The position numbers were made by a program, and so were the translations under genes. The notes below the pieces were generated by a model. It saw only the letters and a program-made list of their open reading frames with translations. It was not told the DNA's origin and did not search any database. A stretch of 64,000 nucleotides of DNA from contig JAAOMT010000710.1 in NCBI GenBank assembly GCA_016748015.1, positions 434,001-498,000 on the forward strand. The letters are read 5' to 3'. Positions 37,305-50,937 of the stretch are shown here, one piece after another. This stretch comes from Geosiphon pyriformis uo1 (lineage: Eukaryota > Fungi > Glomeromycota). The stretch's first letter is position 1, and every line of letters starts with the position of its first letter.

Positions 37305-39669
37305 TCACAAAATTCATAGTCAAGTAATGCTTTGGCTTTTTTGAGCCACTTATTGCCAACAATTATGGTGTACTTTTTTGCTTCAGATATTTCCATGTCA
37401 GTTTTAATGCTAATACCATTGATGTAAACAAAAACAGCTTTGGCTATGCTCAGGCCTTTTTTTTTGTCATTATGTATATTGGTTATTGGTTTAGTTAAAG
37501 GTTTATTAATTTTTCTGCTAATTGTTTTAAAAAAATATTTGATAATGATGCTAATAGATAATCTACTGTCTAAAATCAGATTAATAAAGTAACCAGCCAC
37601 TTGGGCTTTGCAAATTAGAGGAGTAATATTGTTGTTGTTAGCAAGTCCAGTTTGATGAGAATACTTGTTGATTTTTGGTGTCTTCTTCTTTGAGATTAAG
37701 AATTTACAAAGATTTTTCCTAAATTGTAGATGAATTATTAACTGGCCAAAGGTAATATAAGCTGGAATTTCTATGAAATTTTTAACAATGGAATAGGAAC
37801 CAGATTTTTGTACTATTTCTGAGGGTTTTAACTTTGGAAGATTCTTAAAAACTTTAGTTTTTGGTGGTTTATGGTTATTAGCTGTTAATGTGAATACTTT
37901 GTTTGGGTCCAGAACGAAATCAATCTTGGGTTTTTTCTTCTTTCTTGTTGATTCAGAAGTGTTAATTGTTAGTTTATCTATGTTATAGTCATTATTAATT
38001 AAGTTAAAAACATAAAAAAAGTTTTTTTCTGGTTGGCTTGCACTCTTATCTTTTAAAGGTATGCTTACCAGTTTAAAGACTAATAAACAGTGGCTTTAAC
38101 TAAAGGATTCTCTCCAAAGAAATTGATGTTGGCATGATTGGATTTTTGATTGGAACATTGTTATTGATGGTTTTGTTGTTTTGATTGTTATTGTTTCTAG
38201 GAACTGAAGAAGACAATGAAGAATTGTTGCAATTTCTGGAGAAATGTCCAGTTAATCCACAGCAATAATACACAAATGGGCCATAATTTTGTTGTCTTTA
38301 ATAAGAAATTTGTTGGAGCTAATTAAAACAAAATTCAAATCTGGGTCTTTGGGGTTGTTAATTTTCTCTGACTGCTTGGGCTAAGAGCTTTAATAACTGA
38401 GCAAGATTGGCTATGTGTCTATCTATCAATTGTTCATTAAGATTTGATGTCTGGACAGTAAAAAAAATAATGGCTATTTGAAAAGCAATAGTTATAATAG
38501 GAGCAGGAGCAAAAACTGAAAGTGTAAATTCCAAGTGTATCCTTTAGTTGTCTTCAATCTGTTAAGCAAGTTCAATGACCATGTTTATTGTGGAATTGTT
38601 TTTTAGGGCCAAAAGGGGCCAAAGAACATATGAGAGATCAGTTCTCAATTCTTTTGTAAAGAAGTAAATTTTCTGTTTTTCTGTTTAGTTTCTTCCAGAG
38701 TCTATTTGTTTAATTAGTTTTCTAATGGCTTTGGCATATTTAGTCACAATTTTACCAAGGTCTTAAGTTTTTTTTTCTAATTCCATATGCCATTTTGAGA
38801 TTAAAAAAAGAATTCTAAATTTAGTTTCAAACTGGATTATGAAAGAGGTGTTTTTTTCTCCAGTATTTGTTGGTATCCATCTAATAATTTTTTGGTAAGC
38901 ACCAGCATCAGTTTTTTGTGAGAACCAAGTAGCAAGAGAGTCTTGGAGATAGCCACTAATGATTTGAAACTTGTATTTATTATCATATTAGTTGGTTGTG
39001 GCAGCTTTTTTAAAGTTATCCAACTATTTAATTAGATCTTATGCATTATCTCTAAATAAAGATAATGAGGTGTTATTTTTTTGCTCTAAAGCAGTTTTTA
39101 TGCCTTGGAGGGCAATTAGAATGTTTTGTTATATAAGATCATTAGCCATTAGTTCAGAAGTAGCTGTTTGTGTAAAATGTTCTGATTCACTTAAAAAGAG
39201 ATCAAAAACAGGAGCAGTTTGATAGCTTTTTTCTTCTGTTTCAAATAGTGTTTTAGCTAGCTGATGGGCAGCAATCCAAATGTAAATTTGGTAATTTAGG
39301 TATTCAAAATCAGAGAGCTGTTGTTCAAAAGTTGTAGAATATAAGAGCTAATTAATACTATTGTTTTTTTTTTCAAAGTTGTCTTCAAAATAAGCTTGGT
39401 CAAAGTAATAAATTGTATAAGTTGTGTAAGTTTCAGCTAAATGTTTGTTCAAAAATCAGTTCCAAAAGTCTTGAAATTGTCTACTGGATTGTTTTTCAAT
39501 AGGAAAGCAAATCAAGCAGAAGGTCAAAAAGTTAAGTTCAATAAAGTCTATATCATTTTTATTGTGTGCTTCAAAGTGTTCTTTTGATTGTTATGGCAGG
39601 TATAAATAATCACCCATACAATAAAAAACAAAGTAGATTTTGACAACCTCACAGGAAGCACTACTTTTA

Positions 39670-40281
39670 TGTTACAAGTTGGAATAACAAACTAATGAAT
39701 AACAAGAGAGAACAGGATTGTAGAATAATAATAAAAATTAAAGAGAATTCAACTTTAAAGAGTGAATTGAATGAGTATAAATTCAATGTGTGAGATTAGT
39801 CTTATAAAATATCTCAGTTGCTATATTTTTCAAAAGATAACTGGTGAATCTAAAGATAAAAAAATAGTCTGTACTGTCAACAAATAATTACACATTGGTA
39901 TAATTCTATGTCTCATGTCAGCATTCTTAGAATTTAATATTAGGTATCAAATATACTTTTTAGTCACATTTATTCAATAATTTTCAAATGCTACAATTAC
40001 ACATTTTAAAAAAAGAGTAAGTAAATGCCAACAAGTAATTTTTTATCTCAAGATATTCAAATACTTAAAAGTAAGGAAAAAAAAATTAGTGAAAAGAGAA
40101 GGATTGAAATGAAATTATTATTTTATTTCTTTTATTTTTTTGATTTTTACATGTTTTTTACAGTTAAAAGATTCATTACTTATATAGTTATCAAAAGTGG
40201 TTAATGATCAGATCAATAATTAGGTCAATGATCAGGTCAATAATTACTATCTAAAAATAGAGTGGCTAATTATATAAAATT
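39670..40281 (-). repeat. 5' LTR of A2; outer about 50 bp missing or unrecognisable
   Basis: Homologous to 22865-23502, with four 12-bp units; PBS adjacent. Confidence 0.87.
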
Positions 40282-41634
40282 TATTTCTTAAGCTTTTTTA
40301 AATACTATTATTAAAATTGTTATTGGTAATTTTTTTTGATTACATTTAAGATTACAAAGTTTTTTGTAATAATTTTTGTTTTTTTATTATATTTTATAAT
40401 ATTTTTTTAATATATTTTTTTATAATATTAAAAAGTTTTAAATATTTTTGGTATTATTATTTTGGTTAAGTTAAAATTTGTAAATTTATAGTAATATATA
40501 ATTGTTTATTTCAAAAACTTTTTTTTTGTTGCTATTATATTTACTTATTTTGTATTAATTAAAAAAAACAGTATTAAAAATTTTTTTTTTTTCAACTAAA
40601 AAAAGATTTTTATTTTAAAAAATACTTTTAAAACTAAGTTGTTTAATCTTTTTTTTTGGTTGTATAATCTTTGAAATCTGTAATTTAATTTTTTAATTTA
40701 GTAATTAAATCTATTTTATTTTTTGTTTTTATTATTTTTATTATTGTTAATGCTTTGTTGTTATAACTTTTAAGTTTTTGGCAACTTTAAATTTTATTGA
40801 TTTAAAAACTAGTATTTTGTATATGTATTATATTTAATAGAAAACTTTTAAATATTATTGTTGTTATAAGTATTAAAATTTATAAATATAAGATATTTTT
40901 GTTTTTTTTTAAGTTTTTATTAAACTTATTTATAGCTCTAAATTTATTTTTTATTATTGTAAAGTTTTATACTAAAGTTTTTGTTTTTTTATTGTTATAT
41001 TTTTTATTGTTTTTGTTATTAATTTTATAGTTAATTTAAATTAAAATTTTTGAAATCTTAAATTTCTAATTTGGTTATATTAATTCAATTTATTATTAAA
41101 ACCAATTAATTTTTTGGTTATTTTTTTTTTGGCTTTAAATAATCAAAAGTATTTAAATATAAAAGCCAATTCAGTTTAAATAAATAGTATTATTTTAGAT
41201 TTTATTAATATTCTGATTAGTTTGTTACAGATTCTTTTTTTTAAGTAAATTTATTTTTAAATATATAATATTTTTATAGTAAATAAATTATTTTAATATT
41301 AAAAATAAGATAAAAAAACTTAAATTGTTTTTATGTAAATTTATTTTTAATAATTATAAATTAAATAATTATATTAATAAAATAAGTAGTAAAATTTATT
41401 TTTGACTTATTTGATTTGGTTTAATATAGTTTTAACTGATTTAAATAATTAGCTACATATAAAAAATACATAAATTATAAATATTTTAAGATTTTTGTAT
41501 TTTATATTATAGTTATCATAAAAAAAATTATATTTTTATAATTATTAAATGGCCAAACAATAATTTGTAAAAATGTTTTTTTTAAATAAAATAAAAATTA
41601 TTTTTTACTTAAAATTATATCTAAATAATTAAGT

Positions 41635-44600
41635 ATAAGTGGAAGGGTGTTTTAACCAATACTCGTCCTATTGCTTTGATCGAAACAGCTTGTAAAATTC
41701 TTTCTAAGATTCTTTTTAACAGAATCTCCTTGGCATGTAGTGCTTTTGATATTCTTCGTGGGGACAACTTCTCAGTTTTAAAGGGTACAATGACTCAGTC
41801 TCCTATTTTTGCAATTAATTCAGTGGTTGAAAACACTTTGGAAAAGAACCGAAAACTCTGGCTGGTTCTGTAGGACATGTGAAAAGCATATAATTTGGTT
41901 GGCTGAGAACATCTTAAAAATAGTTTGGTCAGAATTAAGATGTGTAGCAGATTTATTTGTTTTTTTGGCAACATTCACAATGATTGTACCAACTGGATTA
42001 TGACTGATTTTGGTTTGACAAATAGTTATCATGTACATAATGGTCTGGATCAAGAAGAAGTTTTTTTCCCCCTTTTGTGGCAAATATTTTATGACTTTTT
42101 GTTGTGTGAGGTCAAGTATTAGGAGAGTATATGTGGATATAGACTGAATTCTCATTTTATTTTCAAGAATGGTCATACTAAGTCTTGTGTTGGATGTTCT
42201 TCTTTTTTTGCTACTGGCGCCTTTGTTGATGATACAATTTGGGTTGGTAGCAGTCAAAGCGCTACTCAACATATTCTCAACATTGCCAGTGAATTTTTTC
42301 GGATCAATAATATCTCAATTAACAATGACAAAACAGTGGTGATTCCTATTAACAGCAGAGTCAGCAATTCTTCTCTTACTATTAGTGGTCTGCCTATTTC
42401 AATTGCCAAAAAGGGGGAGTCTCATAGATACTTGGGTATTTTTTGTTTAATAGAGGGCCTTTCCAAATCTAGTTTGGCAAAGACGCATTCAGATGTTCAT
42501 TTTTTCACTAATTTGGTGTTAAAAAAAGCTGTCTCAGATAAACAGTTTTTGTATTTGGTTTTGGTGGTTCTCCACCCTATTGTAAGCTATAGAACACAGT
42601 TTAGCTTTATTTCTGTTGGTGTGTGCAACAAATAGGATGCTTTGATCCACAAGGGCTTGAAGCTAAAATCTGGTCTTCTACTGGACTTTTCTAGTAATAC
42701 AATTTACCACCTCTTCTTTTATGGTTTAAAGTCTTTTTTGCAGTGTCAATCTGAGGGTAAAGTTGTCTCGCTTATTAGTTTTACAAACTCTGATGAGATT
42801 TTGGGGCACTTGTTCAGTCACAGATCTCATAACTTACAGGTTCAGTATTGGTAACCTATCCACCCATTGGTCTTCTCTGCTCATATTTGTGTCAATGTTT
42901 CAAATAATTTCTTAGCTGGTATGGTTCACATTCTTTTCGACTGCAAGTTATTTTTAGGTGGCTTTTTGGCCAGCTTTTTCCAGTTTCACGGTGGAGTACC
43001 TATGTCTGTTGTTCTTGGTGAGCCTCTGTTTTATAAGGTTTTATCTTCTTTTCAGCAGTATGGCATTGTTTTTGTGGACCAGTTTCGTGATTGTTTTGGT
43101 AGTGTTTTTAGTTAGCACACCTTTAAGAAGTGGAAGAAACTGGATCCTCATGGTCCAGTTCCCGATTGGTTCAATATTTTTGTTGCTTTTCTTGTGGCTC
43201 CTTGTTCTTTTCCTTCAGCATCGGCTGGTGTTGGCCCTCTGAACATTCATGGTTTCAATGATTTTATATCTGTCTGTGATTATCTTTCTTGGGTTGACAC
43301 TGATAGCTTGTCTGTGTACATGAATAGTTCAGTAAAAAATTTGGGCACGATTGGTTGTAGAGCTGGAGCTGTTGTCTTTTTTGAAAACATTAATTTGGGG
43401 TTGAGTGTCAGTGTTTAAGGCTTAATGTTATTCACTTTAGCAGAGCTGCAGACTATTGCATTGGCTCTAAAGTGTGTGTTTGCAGCTCATTCTGTCCATC
43501 TATTTTTGGATAGTCAGGCAGCTTTGGATGCTTGCAGATCGGAGTCTGATCTAGTGTATTCTGATTTTCACAATCAGTGTTGGGTCAAGCATTGGCATAT
43601 TAGGAATGTTATTCGCAGTAAGAATTTAAAAGTTAAATAATACAAAGTTAAGGGCCACTCTGGTATCTTAGGGAATAATTATGCCGATAGCCTTGCTGAC
43701 ACTGTATTTCTCTCTGGTTGGTATCTTTCTCTTTGTGTTGATAAACATTTTTTATTGGCAGATGGTGGTGTTGTATCTGGTAATTCTAGGCATTTTGTTT
43801 ATGATGTTTTTCATGCTATTTGTTGAGTGCATTAGGAGGTTGGGTCTGGTTCTAAATTTCTAGATGGTGATTTGTGTTCAGATGTCAATTGGCTTTGTTC
43901 TTCCAGAATTTGGCACCCTGATTTGCATATGGCCACTGGTTTCACCAGCAGGCTGACTGCTGATACTTGAATTTACCTCATGAAGGCTTTGTACCATCAG
44001 CTTTCCATAGCTGTTTGGAAGCACATTTACAACAAATGTTACCCTAGTGTTTTGTGTCTGTATTGTGGTAAGGTTGAGGTGTCTAACCACGTGTTTTTTT
44101 GTGTGGTTGATGATTCAGCTCATCATCAGGTCTTGGAATCTTGTATGTCTTCTTGGAGGGCGCTTTTTGGTCTCTTCCTTCCTTCTTTGGATGTGTTGCA
44201 ATTGCTGTCAACTTGTGCTTTGAATTTCCTGGTTTCCTCAGCTCTTTACAAGAGTTTTGTTTTCAATGATTGGCTTTGGGAGGCTATTTCCATCTTTCAT
44301 GATCCTAAAGTTGCTGGTATTAGAATTTCTGATTTTGTGTGATCTATTTGTCTTGCTTTTAGGAATAATATTTGGTTGGTCTGTGCTAAGCATCATGCAT
44401 TCATGGAAAAGAATGGTCTGATCTTTGTAGATGGCTCAATCCCTATTTTGATCTTTGGTTTGGTTTTAGAGTTCTTGGCTGGTGTGATTAAATTACTTAG
44501 TATTGCTGAAGCTTTTGGTATTCGTTTTGGCTTTCGCAAGTCTTGTTCATTTTTTTCAGGTATTGGTGACCTGGTTTCTGTTAATATAAGTGTATAGTGT

Positions 44601-44729
44601 TGTTCTGACTGGCTCAAGTGGCTGGTTACATGTAGAAAATGCATAATTCATGCTTAGTTTAGATTATTTTATTGATGTATAGTTCTAAGTAGTATTTGGA
44701 TCTTACTCGTTAAATGAATAAAAAAAAAA
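41635..44729 (+). mobile_element. LINE copy 4, 5'-truncated within RT; retains more CpG than the other copies
   Basis: TNTRPIALIETACKILSK, GLDQEE, AFVDDT, FLDSQAALDAC, CLYCGKVEVSNHVFFC; stop at 44597; A-tract 44720-44729. Confidence 0.92.
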
Positions 44730-45170
44730 TAATTAATTGAAATCTGTTTTAATGTAATTATTACTATTTTTTTATATTTGTTTAAATAGTTAAAAAAACT
44801 AAAAGAGCAAAAAAACAATCTTTTTTATTTTTTATTTAAAATAACTAATTTTTTTGAAATATAATTTTTTTGAAATTTGTTTTTTTTTATAAAAAATAAG
44901 ATATTGGTTTTATGTTTTTTAGTATTTATATCAATTTATAATAGCTATATAAATTATAATACTTAATTTAAATTTAATTATAAATAATAGCAATAATAAC
45001 ATATTTGTTAAAACTAATTTTAATTAATTTTTAGTTAAATTACTTAATATATTAAATTCAATTATTTTTTGCCAGTTTTAAAAGCTAAACAAATTATGTT
45101 TTTGTGTATAATTTCAAATAATTCTATTAAATTATTTAATTTTAAAGATTGAATTAATTAAAAATATATC

Positions 45171-47445
45171 AAAACTCTTTGTTTTTTTAATTTTATGATC
45201 ACGACCAGAGTAAAGAGTAAAAAAGCTGTATCTGATATCTGTCTTGAGATATCTAATAAAATTTCAATCAGAAAAGCTCTTTCTATTGTAAAAGCAACTA
45301 GACAGAACATTTTAGAAGTTTTTTTTTTATCCAGTAATTGTGATAACCTGTTTTTGATAACCACTAAAGTAACTTCCTTATCTTTGGCTAGTTTTTCACC
45401 AGTCAAAGTTCCTTCAAAGAGACACATTTGGGTTAGTCCCAGTGTTGTTTTTACCCTTACTAAGAGTCCAAAAGTGTTTAATAATAGACCAATTAACAAG
45501 CTGGTTTTCTCTTCTATGGATTCTACATCTGGTGTTGCTAGCATCTTCTTTTCAAAAAAATGATCAAAAAGACTAAAAATTCAGAAAAGTGGGGGCAGTC
45601 ACTTGCCTCTGCTATTGTTACACCGAACCCCTTTGTGGTTTCCAATGAGATCTTAGATGAAATTTTCATAGTATTATCCAGCACATCATCCAAGATGGGC
45701 TAAGATTAACCACTGGCTGTGTTGCCAAATGTGGTGTCTTCTGACAGATCATCGCTGATTTTAGAAGCAAAACAATCTTTTTCTGTTGGATCATCTGTTC
45801 TTGAGAACTGGGCTGATCAAATAGAAACTGAATCATTTCTTTTTCTAGTTTTTGGTGCTACTTTTGGTAGTGTTTAGGAAACTATTACTAGTTATCAAAG
45901 ATTTGCTGAGTGGGTGGCCTTTACTTTAGTGTCTGATGCTACTTTTAAGATTAAATTGGCTTATGTTAAAGCTGTTTTTCAGTCAGTACATGGTTTTTTG
46001 GGTACAAAGTCAGTGTTAAAAGACAATGTAAAGCTGTTTTATGTGGAGTTTGCTTCTCAAGTGTCTTTGAAAGCTGCATTTTTGGTTGAGCTTACAAGCT
46101 CTGTACATTTGGCCACTCTCAAAATTGCCAAATCCTTGGTAGTTTCTGAGTCTGGCTCTCTTTTTACTGCTGCTGCATTGCATAATGTGCCTTTGAGTGT
46201 GTCTGCTGCTAACATTAAAACAGCTTTCAGTGTTTTTGGTGTGATTACTTGTGTTGTGTTGAAGCCTATTGGCATTTGGCAGTATATTGTGGTCTATTTT
46301 GAGAATTTGGTTCTGCTCTCAATTACTGGTTAATTTTGGTGAACAAGAATAGTGTTCGGATTTTTTTCCTTGTGAATCAATAAGAAACAATTGTGTTTTG
46401 TAATAGGTTTAAGATCAAGTTGATCAATTTTTCTTCTGGTTGCACTGCCTTTAAAATCAATGATATAGTTTCTCAAATTGGTGGTCAGTCTTGTTTTATT
46501 TTTCAGTTTCCTGATTTTGGTCATTGTTTTTGCTTTGCTTTGGTAACATTTGGCTCTCAAGCTAATTTGGACTTTGCTGTTATTAAAACTGGTACACTAA
46601 GAAAGTGCCATATCTGGTGGGAAACTCCTGGTTGTTAGTGTTGTTTTCAGTGTTAAGAGATAAACCACTTGGCCATAGACTATAAGGTTGTTCTACCTCT
46701 CTCTTCTAAGATTTGTAAGATGTTTAAACCACATTTTGTTGGTTTTTTGTCTTATGCAAAGGCATCTGTTCCTTTTGTTCTTTCTGAGTTTCTTCTTTTG
46801 GTGGCTGCTGCTCCTTCTGTTGTTATTGTAAATTCTTTGGTGTTTTCTTAGCTGGTGTTTCTGGAATCTGATTTGGCCAAGCTTTCTGTTTTGGTTGAAT
46901 TTATTGTTAAGTCTGTTGGCTCTATGGTCAAAGTTTTTAAACAATTTGTTAATGGTAATCTGGTTTCAAGTTCTCCTCTTGGCCTCAGAGTTAACAAGGT
47001 TTTAGTTCACATGAGTATTTTTAACAGAACTGTTGGTAAGTTGGAGTGAGAAATAGTCACTCTGAAAATTGAGTGTGGTTTTGAAAACATTGATATGTCT
47101 GGCTCTCATGTAAGTTTGTCATCTTTTGATAATGATATGTTTTCTAATTTAATGTCTCTTTGGGAGCATAAATCTGCTGCTATAAAGACTGATGCCTTTA
47201 AGACAGCTAAATGGTTGGTTGAATTAGTTAATAATAGTACTATATTATTTGAGATTGTTTAAAAGATGTCTTCTTTGGATAAGTTTTCTTCTGATGCATC
47301 AATGTAGTATAGTCTGAACTGGTTTGAGTAGCTGGTTACATGTAGTAAGCTCATGAATTATATTTAGCTCTGAATCTCTTAGTTTGGTTCTAATTTTTAG
47401 ATAATAGTTGGGTCATATTCATTAAACTTATAATAAAATTAAAAT
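45171..47445 (+). mobile_element. ORF1-only non-autonomous non-LTR element (HAL1-like organisation); degenerate ORF 45195-47307
   Basis: Three RRM-like segments, decayed CCHC knuckle (CFQC*EINHLAIDY) and coiled coil; no ORF2; the stop is followed directly by a LINE-type tail CTGGTTTGAGTAGCTGGTTACATGTAG. Outer boundaries approximate. Confidence 0.75.
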
Positions 47446-49547
47446 TAATTAAATATAAATAAAAATTTTTTTTTGTTTTTTAATAAATACTTAAAAAACA
47501 ATTATTAATTGGTAAAAATTTTTTAAATAAAAATTAGCAAAAATTATAAATAGTATAAAAAATTATCTAATTATAAAATAGTAAAATATTAATTTTTTTA
47601 AAAAAATAATTTACATAACAATAATTATTAAATAATATTACCAGCAAATATTATTTTATAATAACAATAATTATTATATTATAATAATAAACAACACTAA
47701 AACTAAATATAATAAACACTAAAACTAAATATAATAATAAAAATATTATAATTAATAATATATTAATTTTAATTATAACTAAAAATTTGATTATAATTGG
47801 TCTTAATAATTTGGTTTATAAAATAGATTTTGCTTAAAACATTTATATTAATTTTAGTAGTAATATTGTTTTGCAATTATTGTTTAATCTATTTTGTAGA
47901 TATATAAGTACTATTAATATAATCAACATATAATTTTATTTTAATTGGTTTAAGTAACTAATTATATGTAAAAAAACATCAGTCATATTTGATTTAAATT
48001 AAATAGTGTTTGAATTATACTTGTTAAAAATACATTAATGTAATTTAATAATAAAATTTATGTTTAATAAGTAATAAATTTCAATTTTTACAACATTTTT
48101 TGTAGTTAATTTTATTGCTTGTTTTTATTATAAATAATAAATTTAATAGTTTTAATATATTGTTTTACAATTAAAAATTTTAAAAACATTTAATTGTTTA
48201 ACTGCTAAAAATATAATTGAAAAACAATTATGTAATTCTTGATTAAATATCCTATTATTATAATATTTATTAGATTATTAGGTTAGATTTTTAAAATACT
48301 TAAAAATATTGTTTTAATCTTATTGTTAATCTATTTACTATTTTTTTTAAATATAACTTAGATGAAATTTTTGTTTTTGGATAACATAAATGTATTATGT
48401 TATAATTAAATTAAAGCTTTGATCAACACTACTTATATATAATAAATAATAAATACTTTCTTTAATTTATTATGTAATACTTGCATTCCAAATTTTAATA
48501 ATATTAAAATTTACAAAATAATTAAAAGTCTTTGCAAGTTTTGCAATTACTAAAACTAAATCTTGTATTTAAATTTCAAAAAAAATCAGTCTTTTTTAAG
48601 TTTATAATAGCAATTACCAATAACATAACAAATTAACTTGTTGTTTAAACATATAAAACAGAATGAATTAATCTGTTTAAAATAATACATTTTGGTATTA
48701 ATACTTTTAAAAATACTTTATCAAATTTCAAAAAAGTGGTTTTATAAGCCAAAGCCAAATAATCTGAATTTTGGTATTTATAACAGTTCTAACAACCAGA
48801 AGTTTTAATTAAGTTTCAAATTATCAGTTTTAATAATTACATTATTAAAAACTTTTTAGATCTTAAAAGTTGCAACCACTCAATAACCAAAAAATAAAAA
48901 TGTTACATGTGTGACCCGGTGATTTTACGGCTTCAATTTAGTAATGGCCAAAGATTTATCTTTTTATCGAATTTAATCATAAATATGACTGGATTGATTA
49001 GCTTATGCGGAAAGTAAGAGTTTTTGATGATTTGAACCAGAATTCCAAAGTTATATAGATAAGTGGAGATGAGTTATTATTTTGAGTTTGAAACTTTAAT
49101 CGATTATTAGGTTTATAGTTTGAATTTCAAACGGAAATTTCGAAAATTTCAAACTTCGCATAACGCTTGCTGTTTTCACGACCTTAGACTTTGGCAAAAA
49201 TCCAAAAAGTTAAACCCTCTAAAGGTCCTTGATATTGAATTAATCATAATTAGGTGACAATTTCTTGCCACAATTTCTTAATAAGGAGAAAAGCAATTTA
49301 TTTTCATTATTGGGGACCATATTTTGGATATAAGATGGGATATTGTTATAGGAAATAAAAAATGAAATTTTTTCTGTTTGCCAAGTTTAAGAAAACATCT
49401 TAAAAGAAAGCTTTTATCCCATATTTTGAGAGCGGAAAGTTTCCAAATAAAGGCATTCATTACATCCCCGGTATCTGAGGTAGATCATTTATATTTCAGT
49501 TTGAATTTTTTCATAAATGGGCTCACTCAAAAAGGACATGTGATATC

Positions 49548-49631
49548 NNNNNNNNNNNNNNNNNNNNNNNNNNNNNNNNNNNNNNNNNNNNNNNNNNNNN
49601 NNNNNNNNNNNNNNNNNNNNNNNNNNNNNNN
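49548..49631. other. Assembly gap
   Basis: Run of N. Confidence 1.
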
Positions 49632-50937
49632 AATTTTGGGGGTTTTTTTTATTTAATTCGTCGATACAAGCTCAAATTGTTTATATATAGTAGAAACTCT
49701 TAAGAATTAGGTAATTCCTGACGTTGATGTATAAAGAAATCTAAATTATTTTTCAGGTCTCGATTTAGTTTGGTCGGTTTTATAGAATAATCTGAATGCT
49801 ATATCAAATTAAGAAACTAATATTTAAAATAAATAACCGATGAGATATCATATCACCTTGTTTGAACAAATATTCCGACAAAATACCAAAAATATTTATA
49901 TTTGCAAATTCAGATGTTCGATATCGAAATGTTCACATAACTAAACCATTTCAAATATAATATGAACTAATGAATGAATATAAAGAAAATTATTCTTAAA
50001 ATCATTTATTGCAGGTATAAAGAATTAGTAAATTATTTGAATGATTTAAAATTTATTTAGTGGTATTATTAAAAACTTATCTATTCAATTCAAGAATATG
50101 AATCAAAATGTAAAAGTTTTATTTAAGAAATTTATTATGACTCAAATTTACAAGTTATCTTTCAACAGATCTGTTTTTTTATAATTTCACCTTTTAACAC
50201 TAATATAAATTTACAAATTGGGTCAAATAACATATTAAAAATAAATTTCTAAAAATTAAATATATCTATAAAATTTGAATTTTTTCATTCAACAAATTTT
50301 TTCATTTTTCAAGAAATTAAATTAACTCTTTTAAACAAAATATAATAATCTGAAATTTTAAAAAAATCAAATTGTCATTTAAAATGATCACAATAAATCT
50401 ATCAAATTATTACTTGTTGTAAAGAATTCAATTTTCCAAAAGATATTTTGATTTCAGAAGAAATCTTTTCTTAAAGAATCGAACTAAGTGTGAATTCTTA
50501 TACTTTATATGAAATGGGAATGTGTACAAGGTAAGAAGTTTCAGCATAAAAAAAATACATTACAGAAATTATGGTAACTAAATAAGGAGAATTATAAATT
50601 ACTAAAAATGTTGAGATTATCATATCCTTTTTTATTATTATTGAATGAAGGAGAAAGGATGTTTGTGAATCAATATTTTTGTAATTAAGGCGAGAATTTT
50701 TCCAATTAATGACTTAGATCAAAATAATAAAATTTTGAATCATAAAATTTATTCTATTTTTGAGATTTTTAAATGTAAAACTAAACTTGATTCGTTCAAT
50801 TTTGTTTTTTTCAATGAAATTCTCTTACTATGGTCCTAAACAAAATCAAGGATCGAGCTTTTAATTAAAAGTGTAGAAAAATCTATAATATAAAGCCGTC
50901 CCCATCCCATTAATCCTATTTCGAATTGATTGCAACC

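Larger units (their letters stand above)
22865..40281 (-). mobile_element. Ty3/Gypsy family A, copy A2 (more degraded), interrupted by element B
   Basis: Collinear reverse-complement homology to A1: gag 39617-38065, pol 38074-25533, integrase 25467-24155, ORF-X 24113-about 23473. Confidence 0.92.

Noticed and set aside
44604-44650. Hammerhead ribozyme in the LINE tail (CTGA...GAAA)
   Set aside because: The CUGANGA core is absent and GAAA sits in a hairpin loop, not at a three-way junction.
49278-49460. Identical 60-aa minus-strand ORF here and at 59414-59596
   Set aside because: The identity reflects the near-identical duplicated segment next to assembly gaps; no domain or codon signal.
49461-49731. 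Possible MITE bounded by TACATC...GATGTA around the gap
   Set aside because: Only 6 bp of inverted match, and the interior is partly N.
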